Made by a program: the position numbers and the translations under genes. Under the pieces are notes generated by a model. The model was not told the DNA's origin. It did not search any database and was given only the letters and a program-made list of their open reading frames with translations. DNA of 35,395 nucleotides from a virus, in IMG/VR virus record IMGVR_UViG_3300038358_000167, one strand, 5' to 3'. Below are positions 8,360 through 18,625 of this stretch, piece after piece (positions within the stretch are counted from its first letter, which is position 1; each line of letters starts with the position of its first letter).

Positions 8360-9751
8360 TTAAAAGTTATCAGGATGTCCACCCTCACACCATTGATGAT
8401 AAAAAACAGCAACGTCAATCAATGCTACATCTCCAGGGTAAGTGTCTGAACCGTCAGTGCCTGTGCGCTCAAAACTAACCCATAAACTTTCTGGACAACT
8501 ATCAGTATTATCTAACAACAATGATGGAAAATCTATAGGAACACTTACGCATTTTTGAATATCATCATTATTAGATGCAAAACTAAATAGCCCAGAGAAT
8601 ATCTTTTCGCCAGGAGCTGTACCTGGCGCATCTCCTGTGTTGTCATAAACATCAGAACCTGTGGCAGACTTAGCCCACCTTACCTTAAATAAAACATCTC
8701 CAGATGAAGATGAATCGCCAGCAAATGAAAAAACTATCTTTAACTTACTAGATGTATCTAAATTTTGTGGCGCAAACTGAACTAAAGCCTGTCGGTCAAT
8801 AGCCTCCTCCTCAAATAAGTTTTCGCTCCTCCCAACGCCTATATTGTCAGCTAAATAAACATCTTGGTTTCCAGGAGATGCATTTGCGGCCTGAAAAGAA
8901 CCCCATGTTACTGGCAGCCTAGTAACAGCTCTTGCACTACCGAAATACTCAATAAAACCATCCGGATTAGCTTCCCACCTATTTGAATGTAGCTTCAAAG
9001 TATCAATACTAAACGACGTAGTAATTCCACCGCTGATTCTCCAACGAATCCAAAACCTATTATCGCCATCAACAGTTGTCTTAACTTGATCTGATAACAT
9101 TTGTTGATCATATCTAATTTGAAAACTACCAGTGTTAGTAAATCTATCATTTGCATAATGAGTAAAAGGCCTAGAAGATCTTGTAATCATATGATTGAAC
9201 TCAGTCCAAGCAGACCCATTATAATATTCAAAAACTATGTCACCTGCGCCAAGTGTTACCCCTGTATCAACCTTAATTTTAACACCAGGATGCTTTATTT
9301 GATCCCCACCACTTGTTACCTCTGAAGCCATATAAATTATAGTTCCGTCATTATTGTTTGGAAAATCTAACTTATTAGCATCTTCAGACTGAATATTTGT
9401 TGTCTCATCAGCGTAAACTGTTCCGTTATATGATTTAACAATTAGCTGACCCGTACTGTTATAAGAGTCACCCTCACCAGCTACAAGCTCGCGCCCACCA
9501 TCTCCGCCGGCTTGTCCTATTGCAACTTCACGATTACTAGCAGGTCGAACGCCTTCACCAAACAACTCCCATAATTGAGTAATACCGCCAGTTGTACCAA
9601 TGTTAAATACAGTACCTGCCGAATCCTTACCCTTATAGATATACTCAGCACCTACCTTCTCAATCCATTTGAAAATATAACCAACATCAGGATTTATACC
9701 TGTGCCAGGATCTGCACCTAGTAGTATTTCTTTCAACCCATTTAATGACAT
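8360..9751 (-). CDS. Fibre- or spike-like structural protein
   Basis: 463 aa and beta-rich. The N-terminus (GADPGTGINPDVGYIFKW...EYIYKGKDSAG) loosely resembles the N-termini of the 10084 and 10733 products. Confidence 0.4.
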   Translation of the reverse strand: MSLNGLKEILLGADPGTGINPDVGYIFKWIEKVGAEYIYKGKDSAGTVFNIGTTGGITQLWELFGEGVRPASNREVAIGQAGGDGGRELVAGEGDSYNSTGQLIVKSYNGTVYADETTNIQSEDANKLDFPNNNDGTIIYMASEVTSGGDQIKHPGVKIKVDTGVTLGAGDIVFEYYNGSAWTEFNHMITRSSRPFTHYANDRFTNTGSFQIRYDQQMLSDQVKTTVDGDNRFWIRWRISGGITTSFSIDTLKLHSNRWEANPDGFIEYFGSARAVTRLPVTWGSFQAANASPGNQDVYLADNIGVGRSENLFEEEAIDRQALVQFAPQNLDTSSKLKIVFSFAGDSSSSGDVLFKVRWAKSATGSDVYDNTGDAPGTAPGEKIFSGLFSFASNNDDIQKCVSVPIDFPSLLLDNTDSCPESLWVSFERTGTDGSDTYPGDVALIDVAVFYHQWCEGGHPDNF

Positions 9752-10083
9752 TAAGCACTTCCTTTAATAAAGCCTGTGTGTTTTATAAACCCACCTTGTT
9801 TTTCATACTTAGTATTTATACTAACCGCTCCGTCCTCAATTTCAATACTTTCATACATTGGCAAACAACTCCAACCAGCCAAAGTATGCTTTCCGTCAAG
9901 ATACCCTATTGATAGCTTAATAGATAATGTGCCAGCATCAACTAATGTTTTTAAATCTACGCTATCTGCCAAAATACCATTTTCTACATTAGCTAAATCT
10001 AAATACGAACTCGCCGGAACTTCAAAACCAATATCATCAATTGGCTGAATAGACGCGGTATGATTTACTATTAAGAATGCCAT
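9751..10083 (-). CDS. Hypothetical structural protein
   Basis: 110-aa ORF with 1-nt stop/start overlaps to its neighbours. Confidence 0.5.
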   Translation of the reverse strand: MAFLIVNHTASIQPIDDIGFEVPASSYLDLANVENGILADSVDLKTLVDAGTLSIKLSIGYLDGKHTLAGWSCLPMYESIEIEDGAVSINTKYEKQGGFIKHTGFIKGSA

Positions 10084-10731
10084 CTAAGAATCTCCCTTAA
10101 TTACACAAGAAATACTAGATCCTTTAACTGAACCGGATGTAATTCTACAAGCTAATTGAGCTGCAGGGTTTACATTAGTCCAATTTACAGAAAAAGACCT
10201 AACAGTAGGCGTAACATTAACAACGCCAACTAGTATGCCGCCAACAGTGTTGCCAAAATGAGTATATAAGCTTACTTCATAAGTAGAAGTAAATGTAGAT
10301 TCGCACCTAATAAATTGAACTACAGGATTATTCATTAATATAGGCAAACCAGTCTTATTAGAAACATTCTGCCCAGCATAAAGATAAGTACCTGCCTGAA
10401 CCAGACCGCCACGAGAGAAGTGGTAGCCAGGTGATGCCACAGCGCCACTATTTAATAACGTATTTAATTCCTCAATCACCGTTTGAGTTGTTGTAGACAC
10501 GAGCGATGAAGTAGAAGGATCAAATGGAATATCTTTGGCTGAAATTCTACGCCAGTCATTTACGCCTGTGCTGAATTTCATCCAAAGCAATACTCCATTA
10601 ACTGTATTTTGTAAATAAAGCGTATCGGTCGGGTAATTTAATCCAATAGGTGATGCGGCCCCTCCAGTAACGAAAGGACCATTCTCTATTAAAAAACCAT
10701 GTTCGACTTCGAACGCTTTATCATAACTCAT
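10084..10731 (-). CDS. Fibre-like structural protein
   Basis: 215 aa. N-terminal GGAASPIGLNYPTDTLYLQNTVNGVLLWMKFSTGVNDW motif shared with the 10733 product. Confidence 0.4.
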   Translation of the reverse strand: MSYDKAFEVEHGFLIENGPFVTGGAASPIGLNYPTDTLYLQNTVNGVLLWMKFSTGVNDWRRISAKDIPFDPSTSSLVSTTTQTVIEELNTLLNSGAVASPGYHFSRGGLVQAGTYLYAGQNVSNKTGLPILMNNPVVQFIRCESTFTSTYEVSLYTHFGNTVGGILVGVVNVTPTVRSFSVNWTNVNPAAQLACRITSGSVKGSSISCVIKGDS

Positions 10732-10732
10732 A

Positions 10733-11524
10733 TTATATTAAAGTCTTTCTAGCTGATACATTAACTCCTGATGCTTCAGTAGATGTAATCTCTAAACAAA
10801 ACTGCTGAGCAACACCAACACCAGTGATAACAACCGCAGCACTAGAGTTAAAGTTAGCGCCCACTCTTAACTTAGCGAACACAGTATCATCAACCAATGT
10901 AGCATCAGCTGCGCCAGTACCGTTATGCAATCCAGAAATTTTAAAAAACTTCTTATTAGCAGGTGTAGCAGCATCTTCTAAAACAACTTCCCACTCAGCA
11001 CCTTGTACATCATCAACTAGAACACAACTAACATTAGTAGCTGTAGTTACACCAGCAGCTGTGTCTAACGAACCGCCAGAGATGCCTTCTATCTCAGTCT
11101 CTAACGCTTGCAACGCCTGCTTTGATGTAGATGCATCAGGTATAACTGTGCCTGTGAAAGTTCCGTAATCAACATCACCTTGAGCAAGACCTGAGGCAGT
11201 CTGAATATCAGCCTGGTTTCCATCTAACTTTTCTATGGCCTCTTGATTAGTATCACCAACAGCAACAGTACCGTTTGCAGGTGTATAAGGTGCAGTTATT
11301 AAACCACTCGCCTTAATATCCCAATCGGAAACCGCATTAGTATCAGCAACCTTAGTATAAAGATCGCCATTTGTTCTTAAGTATGCCGACCCTATAGGAG
11401 CGTCATCTTGCACACCAGTATCACCACCGGGAACACCACTTCCCTGTAATATATGTACGCCAACATCAGCGTTTAATCCTGTTATCTCTAACAGTTGTTC
11501 TATTGAAAATCCATGTCTTGCCAT
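10733..11524 (-). CDS. Fibre-like structural protein
   Basis: 263 aa. N-terminal GSGVPGGDTGVQDDAPIGSAYLRTNGDLYTKVADTNAVSDW motif. The central segment (QADIQTASGLAQGDVDYGTFTGTVIPDASTSKQALQALETEIE) resembles the tail fibre shaft. Confidence 0.4.
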   Translation of the reverse strand: MARHGFSIEQLLEITGLNADVGVHILQGSGVPGGDTGVQDDAPIGSAYLRTNGDLYTKVADTNAVSDWDIKASGLITAPYTPANGTVAVGDTNQEAIEKLDGNQADIQTASGLAQGDVDYGTFTGTVIPDASTSKQALQALETEIEGISGGSLDTAAGVTTATNVSCVLVDDVQGAEWEVVLEDAATPANKKFFKISGLHNGTGAADATLVDDTVFAKLRVGANFNSSAAVVITGVGVAQQFCLEITSTEASGVNVSARKTLI

Positions 11525-11546
11525 TTTAAGCCTCCCTGCTTTTTAA

Positions 11547-11924
11547 CTAAAATTCTACTTTAGCTATTGTATAATCTATATCAAAAGTTTCATTATTTAT
11601 AAATTCTAGTTCAAAGTTAGAACCAACTAAGTTTGAATTAATATCTATATCTAAACTTCCCTTTACCTTACCATACAGCGTATCTTTTACGCTTGTCGTA
11701 TGATTAGCTACTCCGATTTCTAATTGTTTAACCTCATTATTAGTTGAGTTGTACAAACTAATAATATATTTCACACTATTAAAATTAGTTAAAGCTATAG
11801 TATCCACGTTACTACTAGTACTAGCTGTAACAGTCCCACTAAACCTTTCCCATACATTCGCTTGTGCTGTTGTTGTGTCAACAAAATCAAAATTTGCTGT
11901 GAACGGATTAAATCGCCATCCCAT
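11547..11924 (-). CDS. Hypothetical structural protein with N-terminal FNPFT motif
   Basis: 125 aa starting MGWRFNPFTANFDFVD, a pattern I associate with phage fibre or adaptor N-termini. This is from memory and was not searched. Confidence 0.4.
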   Translation of the reverse strand: MGWRFNPFTANFDFVDTTTAQANVWERFSGTVTASTSSNVDTIALTNFNSVKYIISLYNSTNNEVKQLEIGVANHTTSVKDTLYGKVKGSLDIDINSNLVGSNFELEFINNETFDIDYTIAKVEF

Positions 11925-12220
11925 TATACTTTAACCGCACTAACTAAATCTGCCTTAGTAGAGTTAGAGTAAACTAAAGTAATAGTTGCAACCAATGCCC
12001 CGACTAAACCACCAGTGTAAAAAGAGTATATCTCTGTAGTGGCAGTAGGATAAGTAACGCCTACAGCATCGTATGTAATACCATGCAGTAGTCCGCCAAC
12101 ACCTGTTAACTTTGCATTTGCATCAGAATCATTTACTCGCCTATCTACAGCACCAATTTCTGTTGAATTTTCCTTATAAGCTAACTGATCTCTATGCAAT
12201 CTCTCAGAAGGTATAGCCAT
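11924..12220 (-). CDS. Hypothetical head-associated protein
   Basis: 98-aa ORF with 1-nt overlaps, downstream of the capsid gene. Confidence 0.5.
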   Translation of the reverse strand: MAIPSERLHRDQLAYKENSTEIGAVDRRVNDSDANAKLTGVGGLLHGITYDAVGVTYPTATTEIYSFYTGGLVGALVATITLVYSNSTKADLVSAVKV

Positions 12221-12435
12221 TATTTAGCCCCCTTCTTTTCACTATTTTTTTTATTAGTCTCTACAATATCGTGACGATACCATGCATACCATTTGCCTTT
12301 TGCAAAAGTAATATCATACTTAAAAACAACACCCCAAAGAATGTTGTTAGAAAGCATTAACCTCTGAAGCTCTATTTCATCTTCAGAGGTTAAAAAGTGT
12401 GGTATCTCCGTTATCGGAACCGACTTAAAAGACAT
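12220..12435 (-). CDS. Hypothetical protein
   Basis: 71-aa ORF directly after the capsid gene. Confidence 0.5.
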   Translation of the reverse strand: MSFKSVPITEIPHFLTSEDEIELQRLMLSNNILWGVVFKYDITFAKGKWYAWYRHDIVETNKKNSEKKGAK

Positions 12436-12441
12436 TAACTA

Positions 12442-13275
12442 TTAGTTATTATCTTTAGCGATTAATGCAGAAGCAGTAGCTCCGCTTTGACCGATTTGTA
12501 GACCTTTAAGTCCAAATAATTGATCCATAGCAGCTCGCTTAGCACCAACACCAAATTCGTTAGCACCTTGCTCATCCATTGCAAGACCTTTTTGAAAACC
12601 AATAGCCATTCCTTCTTTCTCAACCATAAAGTATTGAGCCGCACCCAAACCATTATGCATGATTACTGGAACGCCAAATACAGAACCTACAACACCACCA
12701 GGGATGTTAGAAGAACCATAAGCATCAGCTCTTGTGAACTCAGCAATTTTTAATAGCGCAGTTCTTTGAGTTGGGTTAATCCAGAAAGAAACGTTGTCAA
12801 GATTAGCGTCTCTTAAAAGAAGGTCCTCTTGCATTTCTAAAATTACGTCTCTAGTTACTAGAGGCGAAACAGTAGTAATAGCTTCACCATCAGTTTCAGC
12901 TTGGGCTATGATTTGTGTGTCAACATAACGACCTTGAGCCGCAGACGCACGTCCAGCATTTTCTAACTGAGCATTGATTGAAGTCTGAACGCTAGACATT
13001 GAATCAATGATCCAAGCAACGTAAGCATTCTTATCTAACAATAAACTATCCTTAGTGTCAGTTAATGCAGTTGCATCACCAGCTACACCAACAGCTCTGT
13101 CAACGACAGTGAAGCTAGAAAGTTTAGGGAAAGAAATCGTGTCTTTACCTTTTTCTGCGAAAGAAGAAACATCAGTAATGTAATTTCTTAATTTAGATGC
13201 GAACGCTAATTCTCTTTGTACTTTTGCACTGATTAACTCAGCGGCTAATCCGGGGGTTGATACTACATCAGCCAT
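12442..13275 (-). CDS. Major capsid protein (HK97-fold type)
   Basis: 277 aa, immediately after the scaffold-like gene, with a strong RBS (aaggagtgtaaaaatg). Composition and length are capsid-like. Confidence 0.8.
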   Translation of the reverse strand: MADVVSTPGLAAELISAKVQRELAFASKLRNYITDVSSFAEKGKDTISFPKLSSFTVVDRAVGVAGDATALTDTKDSLLLDKNAYVAWIIDSMSSVQTSINAQLENAGRASAAQGRYVDTQIIAQAETDGEAITTVSPLVTRDVILEMQEDLLLRDANLDNVSFWINPTQRTALLKIAEFTRADAYGSSNIPGGVVGSVFGVPVIMHNGLGAAQYFMVEKEGMAIGFQKGLAMDEQGANEFGVGAKRAAMDQLFGLKGLQIGQSGATASALIAKDNN

Positions 13276-13302
13276 TTTTACACTCCTTGTAAAATATTAA
13301 AA

Positions 13303-13899
13303 TTATTTAATTCCATTTTTGTTTGCATAAGCTACCATTTCAGCTTGAGTCATCTTACTGAAGTCTGGTCCTTTAGCTCCTGCACTATTGAAATCCTTTG
13401 GCGTACCTGTATTGATATTAGGATTAATGGCTTTAAATAAATAAGGGCGTTGCTTTTTAACATCCTCTAACATTACTTTTACCTCGTCCTTGTCTACACT
13501 AAAATTGTCACCGACGTTTAGTGAGGTTAAATCAACTAGTTTAACCAAAGCATCTTGATCTACGCATCCCATTTTATTAGCCTCAAGAGCAACATTGTTT
13601 GAAACTGCTGAATAGGCAAAGTTATTAAACTTCTCCTCATATCCATTTAGCTTCGCTTTATATGCCTCAAGTAACTCATCCTTTTTACCCTCAGAAGTAA
13701 GCTTATCTTCATTCATAGAGTTAAACTGTTTTTCCATCTCTTCAAAACGTGATTGAAGGTTTTTCTTTTCAGCTAATAACTTCTTATGAGTTCCGTATGC
13801 TACTGTGTCGCCACTGGCGCTATGGTTTTGGGGATTTGTTGTCTGATCGTCACTACTAGTGTTATCAGTTTGCCCACTGGGCTGGTTTGCATTATCCAT
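13303..13899 (-). CDS. Scaffolding protein
   Basis: 198 aa. The N-terminus is low-complexity. A highly charged helical core follows (KKLLAEKKNLQSRFEEMEKQFNSMNEDK). The gene lies directly upstream of the capsid gene. Confidence 0.6.
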   Translation of the reverse strand: MDNANQPSGQTDNTSSDDQTTNPQNHSASGDTVAYGTHKKLLAEKKNLQSRFEEMEKQFNSMNEDKLTSEGKKDELLEAYKAKLNGYEEKFNNFAYSAVSNNVALEANKMGCVDQDALVKLVDLTSLNVGDNFSVDKDEVKVMLEDVKKQRPYLFKAINPNINTGTPKDFNSAGAKGPDFSKMTQAEMVAYANKNGIK

Positions 13900-13943
13900 T
13901 TATTCTACTCCTTTAGTTTTATTATGCAACTACCTAGACCTAA

Positions 13944-14483
13944 TTATTTAAGTAGTCGCCTTAAATTGCTTTTAATAATTAAATTAATGCGCTTTAATCC
14001 TAATTTGTCTAGACCTAAGAAGTTATATCTCGAACTCCTATCTAATAAGTCATCAAAGAGTTCTTGATTTGTGGAGGGGCCATCGATTCGCTTACCTTTT
14101 TGATCTCTGTATTTCTTCCTTCGGCCTTGAACAAATATAGAGATCACAGTTTGCTTTATTTTATATTTAGTAGCCTCAATCAATTGGCCACTGATAGTTA
14201 AGTTTCTTTTCTTCCCAGACTTGCCATAGGTCTTGTGTGTTTGGTTATTCCTCGCAATTTCTTTCCTCATTGCCGGTGTTGCGTCAGCTAACATAGGAAA
14301 TCTACCAGGCTTGCCATACTTTAATGACCTCAAAGGCTTACCTTTTCTAGCAAATGCTTTAATACGTTCCACGTGGAACTTTCCAATCTCGTTAAGCATC
14401 TTCTTATCTTTTTGGATAGCTAAGAATTTCTTCTTAACCTTTATCTCAAGTTTACGAATGCCTTTAACCTTAAAAGCTGCCAT
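13944..14483 (-). CDS. Very basic head-accessory / virion morphogenesis-like protein
   Basis: Track ORF 13944..14519. I prefer the ATG at 14483, which overlaps the upstream stop (gATGgcagcttttaa). The protein is Lys/Arg-rich and carries an LTISGQL motif reminiscent of the gp10 / Mu-G type families. Confidence 0.4.
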   Translation of the reverse strand: MAAFKVKGIRKLEIKVKKKFLAIQKDKKMLNEIGKFHVERIKAFARKGKPLRSLKYGKPGRFPMLADATPAMRKEIARNNQTHKTYGKSGKKRNLTISGQLIEATKYKIKQTVISIFVQGRRKKYRDQKGKRIDGPSTNQELFDDLLDRSSRYNFLGLDKLGLKRINLIIKSNLRRLLK

Positions 14484-14706
14484 CTTTAACCAACTCATCA
14501 AATATTTTTTTAAACTCATCTACAGCAAAATCAGCAGTCGTTCCGTTATCAGTGACTACTGGAAACATCCCATTACCATTTCGATGGTAATTACTATCAT
14601 CCGAGTAATACTCCAATGCCTCTTTTATTATCCTGATACTATCTAACTGATCTTCAATCTTTTTAAAATCAAATTCAACTTCTATCACACAGTTACTTCT
14701 AGCCAT
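14470..14706 (-). CDS. Hypothetical acidic protein
   Basis: 78-aa ORF with a 1-nt overlap to the upstream gene. Confidence 0.5.
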   Translation of the reverse strand: MARSNCVIEVEFDFKKIEDQLDSIRIIKEALEYYSDDSNYHRNGNGMFPVVTDNGTTADFAVDEFKKIFDELVKDGSF

Positions 14707-15272
14707 TACTCCTCACCCACCTCTTTAATTAATCCCAACACAAACTTATTAAACGCAGCCCTACCCTCATCTTTTTTAATAGATAAAGCCTCCTTAACAT
14801 CGGGATTAAATTCACTCTTTATCTTTAATAATTCAGTTCTTGAAATTCCAAAGAAAGGGCGCCTAGGGACCGTGTCACCCGTTTGGTGATTGAAAACTTT
14901 AGCATCTTGACCGTCACCTTTATCCCAACCAATTGTAACTGAGTTACCAGTTTGCTTTTTAATATCCATTAAACCCAACATATCACCTGTTAATTTCATG
15001 TTTATCTTATTCTTAGACTTACCATGAGCTTTGAACTCAGTGGATTTAGTATAAGCTTTTGAATATGGAGATTTCAATTTTAACGTCTGACCTTTGCCTT
15101 GAGAATTAAAACTCATACCAACACCAGCTTCGGTGCGAGATACAATACGATCTATAATAGCCTGACCTATAGCCTCTTTGAGCTGAGTGGCACCTTTAAA
15201 AGATACCCCAAACAACTCCTCAAGATCTATAGTCTGTTCAACACTACTCTTCGTTATCTTCGGTTTCGCCAT
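14706..15272 (-). CDS. Putative head morphogenesis / minor head protein
   Basis: The track ORF starts at a TTG at 15293. The ATG at 15272 (MAKPKITK) has AGGGG 6-7 nt upstream. The gene lies directly after the portal gene and carries an INMKLTGDMLGLM motif. Confidence 0.4.
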   Translation of the reverse strand: MAKPKITKSSVEQTIDLEELFGVSFKGATQLKEAIGQAIIDRIVSRTEAGVGMSFNSQGKGQTLKLKSPYSKAYTKSTEFKAHGKSKNKINMKLTGDMLGLMDIKKQTGNSVTIGWDKGDGQDAKVFNHQTGDTVPRRPFFGISRTELLKIKSEFNPDVKEALSIKKDEGRAAFNKFVLGLIKEVGEE

Positions 15273-16809
15273 TAGTCGCCCCTGGGATTCCAAATGTTAA
15301 AGGTAAATTAACTTCCTTATCTGATTGAATCTTATCTAAGATCTCTTGAGCCGCCGTTTCATCAACACCCCTATCTTCCATAATAGCTTCTAGCTTAGAA
15401 ATTAACCCCTCTTTTTGACGCTTAATTATACTATCTTCTTTTTCAGATTTAGTTTGAATTGATTCAGGAGCACTATAAGTAATATCCATCTCGCCCGATT
15501 CGCTTATCATACCGTTTTTCAAACTATCATCTAGAGCAATAGCAGGATCATTGGCGTCTTGTAATACATTATTCCATAACACTATTAATCTAAATAACTC
15601 TTGCTCAACCCATTGAAACAAATCCATATCTGTACGGTTAGCTTCAAACTCACTAATCATAGATAGCAATCTATCAAGTCCTGATGCGAATGTTTTACCT
15701 TCACCACTTGCAACAATAGTCTTAGGATCTTTACCGTTATCTGATAAGAATAATTTCATCTGCATTTCAAGTGTTGCAATAGACGCTGATAAATCCGGCG
15801 CAGGAGATGCAAACTTAAAGTCAGGTGATAAATTACTGTTAGGATCTTGCTGTAGAAATAAAATATGATTAGGTCCTACTACCATGTTATCAGGCTGTTT
15901 TTCAGCAGAGATTATCGCTTGTGAGTACCCTTGTAAACGCAATATGTTACTATGATCTGAAAGCTGAACCCCAAAATCAATAGCAAAGTCAACAACTGAT
16001 GATCCTTTTCTAATGAAGTATTCAAAATCTTTATCGGTAGCAATGTCAATAAAAGGTAGTTCACCAATAGGATTATCAACCTCTTCAGTTACAATCTTAC
16101 CTCTGCCATTCATTACAAAATGAGTGTCCTTAGTCCAAACAATATATTTATTATTCTCACTCTTATAATCATCACCGTCACCGATAGATTGATTAATACC
16201 ATCAGAGCCATCACGCCCTTCCAACTGTCTGGTTGTGCCAGTACCGAAAGAGTTATCATGCTCATAGCTTGCATCACTATGCTGTCCAACCCATTGATGT
16301 TTATCTAATATATTTAATATATAAGCATATGGTTTTTCAGGATCATTCTCATCAGGGATAACATCGTACCAATGAGGAGCCATAGCCTTCAGCGTAATCT
16401 TCCCGCCTTTAGGAACTACCATTAATGCACATTGATCAAATAGCTTGTAGAATTGATTAGCTTTTTTCATCATTACATTCACATTAGAGGCATCGTAATG
16501 CATCTCTAGAGCTTCTATCTCACTGTCTGTAAAATCAGAAAACACTCGCTCTGGAGTATTATTATATATAGATGCTTGTTCTTTTATAATGCGCTCAACT
16601 AAGTTAATCGATAATACCTTACGCATTTCTCTAACTGTTTTTTCACTAAACTCAGACCTAAGTCGATCTAGTATATATCTAGCTTGACGCTTCTTAAACA
16701 TTTCAAAACGCCTAAGAGATTCTTTCTTGCGCTGCACATTTTCATCATTATTAATCTCATCAATAATATTAATTCGGACTGATTTGTCCATAAGATCTGG
16801 GTTTGCCAT
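15244..16809 (-). CDS. Portal protein
   Basis: 521 aa, immediately downstream of the large terminase, with an AAGGA RBS. Size and position are typical of a portal. Confidence 0.75.
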   Translation of the reverse strand: MANPDLMDKSVRINIIDEINNDENVQRKKESLRRFEMFKKRQARYILDRLRSEFSEKTVREMRKVLSINLVERIIKEQASIYNNTPERVFSDFTDSEIEALEMHYDASNVNVMMKKANQFYKLFDQCALMVVPKGGKITLKAMAPHWYDVIPDENDPEKPYAYILNILDKHQWVGQHSDASYEHDNSFGTGTTRQLEGRDGSDGINQSIGDGDDYKSENNKYIVWTKDTHFVMNGRGKIVTEEVDNPIGELPFIDIATDKDFEYFIRKGSSVVDFAIDFGVQLSDHSNILRLQGYSQAIISAEKQPDNMVVGPNHILFLQQDPNSNLSPDFKFASPAPDLSASIATLEMQMKLFLSDNGKDPKTIVASGEGKTFASGLDRLLSMISEFEANRTDMDLFQWVEQELFRLIVLWNNVLQDANDPAIALDDSLKNGMISESGEMDITYSAPESIQTKSEKEDSIIKRQKEGLISKLEAIMEDRGVDETAAQEILDKIQSDKEVNLPLTFGIPGATNGETEDNEE

Positions 16810-16821
16810 AGTAATCCTTTA

Positions 16822-18090
16822 CTATCTTGCCAACATTTTAACATTTGAAGGCGTTAGGTTCTTATCCATGTAATTTAAGAAGAAATAACGAATCATGTCA
16901 ACAGCATCGTCATTTTCTTTTAAAGGGTTCTCATTTAATATAACACCATCTTTTTCTTTGTAACGATATTGTCGCATCCCATCTATAGATTTAACACAGC
17001 TAGCCGAGATATAAAACTTTACTTCATCCTTGCCGTTTCTAATATATGACCTAAGTATTGGAATGCCATACGTGACAGCTGTTCTACGATGCTTCATATG
17101 AATGTTTTTAGTTTTAAACCAATTAATATTACTCATACCAGTTTGCTCACGTTCTTGATTTCCTGCAATGTCACAACACCAACCGTTTATCTTATAAGGT
17201 TTAGCTAGAATTTGTTTGTGGAGTCTTTCAATCTTTAACTTTGAGCTAACAATCTCATCAAACAGATAAACAGTGTTCGTAGCATTATCTACTTGAAAAA
17301 ACCCAGCGGCCATAGGATGGCTCCAACCCCAGTCGATTGCTACATATGTAGGTAGCAATGGGTTGTAGGTGTATGTTTGCATTACGTTATCATCAGAGAA
17401 TGAATCATAAACTGCATTAGTAGGTATCGTGTCCCATGTGATTTCATAGTTTGCTCTAAAGGTAACTGGATCTAAGATTTCTCTTTGTGTTTCTATTTCT
17501 TCTTTATCTATATATGGATTATCTAAAGTAGCCCATTCCCAAACTTTTGAATTTTTAAACTCTTGAGCCTTAACCATCTTATAGAGCCAGTGTTGCTTAG
17601 GGTTAATCAACTGTGGCCCTAAAGATCCATCTACTGTAATAGTTCCTTTAGTGTCAAGCGTCCTCGCCATTGATTCAAGTAATGATGTCTGCTTCATCTG
17701 AAAGGCTTCAGTTAAATGCACATGATATAACTTCAAACCCTCCATTCTATTTATCTTCTCTGCACTAATGCCGTAGACGATAGAACCATTTTTAAATTCA
17801 AATATATCAGGCTTAGATACAAATCTCTTTTCATATTTCTTAGCAAACATTCTAAACTTAGGCCATACTAAGCGAGTGAGCATATCTTGAGTGGGGGCGA
17901 CAATAGCCATTAGATAAGGGTCACCATCATCTAAAAAGCCTATTTTCTTTTGACCTTTAATTACTGTTTCCACATAACATGTCTCTGATTTACCACCACG
18001 CTTAGCTGCAAAAAGGAACTTATATCGATGTTCTTTAGCTATAGCATCTAGAAGTATTTCCTCTTGAATATCAAATGGATTAAATTCCAT
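16822..18090 (-). CDS. terL: Terminase large subunit
   Basis: 422 aa. It has a P-loop-like AAKRGGKSE segment, the nuclease-domain pattern VAIDWGWSHP and the C-terminal NDDAVDMIRY motif. Its ATG overlaps the terS stop (TAATG). Confidence 0.8.
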   Translation of the reverse strand: MEFNPFDIQEEILLDAIAKEHRYKFLFAAKRGGKSETCYVETVIKGQKKIGFLDDGDPYLMAIVAPTQDMLTRLVWPKFRMFAKKYEKRFVSKPDIFEFKNGSIVYGISAEKINRMEGLKLYHVHLTEAFQMKQTSLLESMARTLDTKGTITVDGSLGPQLINPKQHWLYKMVKAQEFKNSKVWEWATLDNPYIDKEEIETQREILDPVTFRANYEITWDTIPTNAVYDSFSDDNVMQTYTYNPLLPTYVAIDWGWSHPMAAGFFQVDNATNTVYLFDEIVSSKLKIERLHKQILAKPYKINGWCCDIAGNQEREQTGMSNINWFKTKNIHMKHRRTAVTYGIPILRSYIRNGKDEVKFYISASCVKSIDGMRQYRYKEKDGVILNENPLKENDDAVDMIRYFFLNYMDKNLTPSNVKMLAR

Positions 18091-18476
18091 TAGCCTTCTT
18101 TTTTACTGAAGTTAATAGTTAGTCCATCGTCGTCGTCAGCATTGCCCATAGATATTTCTTGACGATCTTTCCAACCAAACCGAGCTTTCATATAGAATGC
18201 CCAAACCCCAGTATTTAATGTCTTCTGGCCAGGGGTGTTCCACATGCCTTTTTGGCCTTCTTTCATCCAATGGTCTTCGCAATAGTTCTGTCCCTTTTTA
18301 TATGCTACTGAAAATTCAGGGAAATCTTTTTGCCATTGAGTTAATGTAGCCATGCAAACATCAATAGTTTTAGCAAAAGAAATAGCGGAATCACCATTAG
18401 TCATATGCTCAACAATCATTTCACAATATTCTTCTTTATATTTAGTAGGTCTACCCACTGGGTTTTTATCATCCAT
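18090..18476 (-). CDS. terS: Terminase small subunit (HTH type)
   Basis: 128 aa. The N-terminal GRPTKYKEEYCEMIVEHM...ATLTQWQKDFPEFSVAYKKG pattern is typical of small terminases. The gene lies directly upstream of terL. Confidence 0.65.
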   Translation of the reverse strand: MDDKNPVGRPTKYKEEYCEMIVEHMTNGDSAISFAKTIDVCMATLTQWQKDFPEFSVAYKKGQNYCEDHWMKEGQKGMWNTPGQKTLNTGVWAFYMKARFGWKDRQEISMGNADDDDGLTINFSKKEG

Positions 18477-18625
18477 ATAAAAATTGTCTCATCTTGAGTT
18501 AGTAAAGTCCAATTATGGGACGATAAAGCAGCTAAAAGCAACTAATTTGTCAAACAAAAGGATTAAAGTTCTAAAGTTTCTAGACTAATTACCGATAAGT
18601 CTTATGTAACTAACAAAGGATTTAT

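Noticed and set aside
12462-12653. Same-strand alternative-frame ORF inside the capsid gene (likewise 25525..25758 inside the nuclease gene and 23423..23626 inside the Sak4 gene)
   Set aside because: These are nested out-of-frame ORFs with no RBS and odd composition. I see no evidence of overprinting.
14233-14646. 137-aa plus-strand ORF spanning two minus-strand genes
   Set aside because: Its Phe/Leu/Ile-rich product is the mirror of Lys-rich sense genes. It has no RBS and crosses a gene junction.
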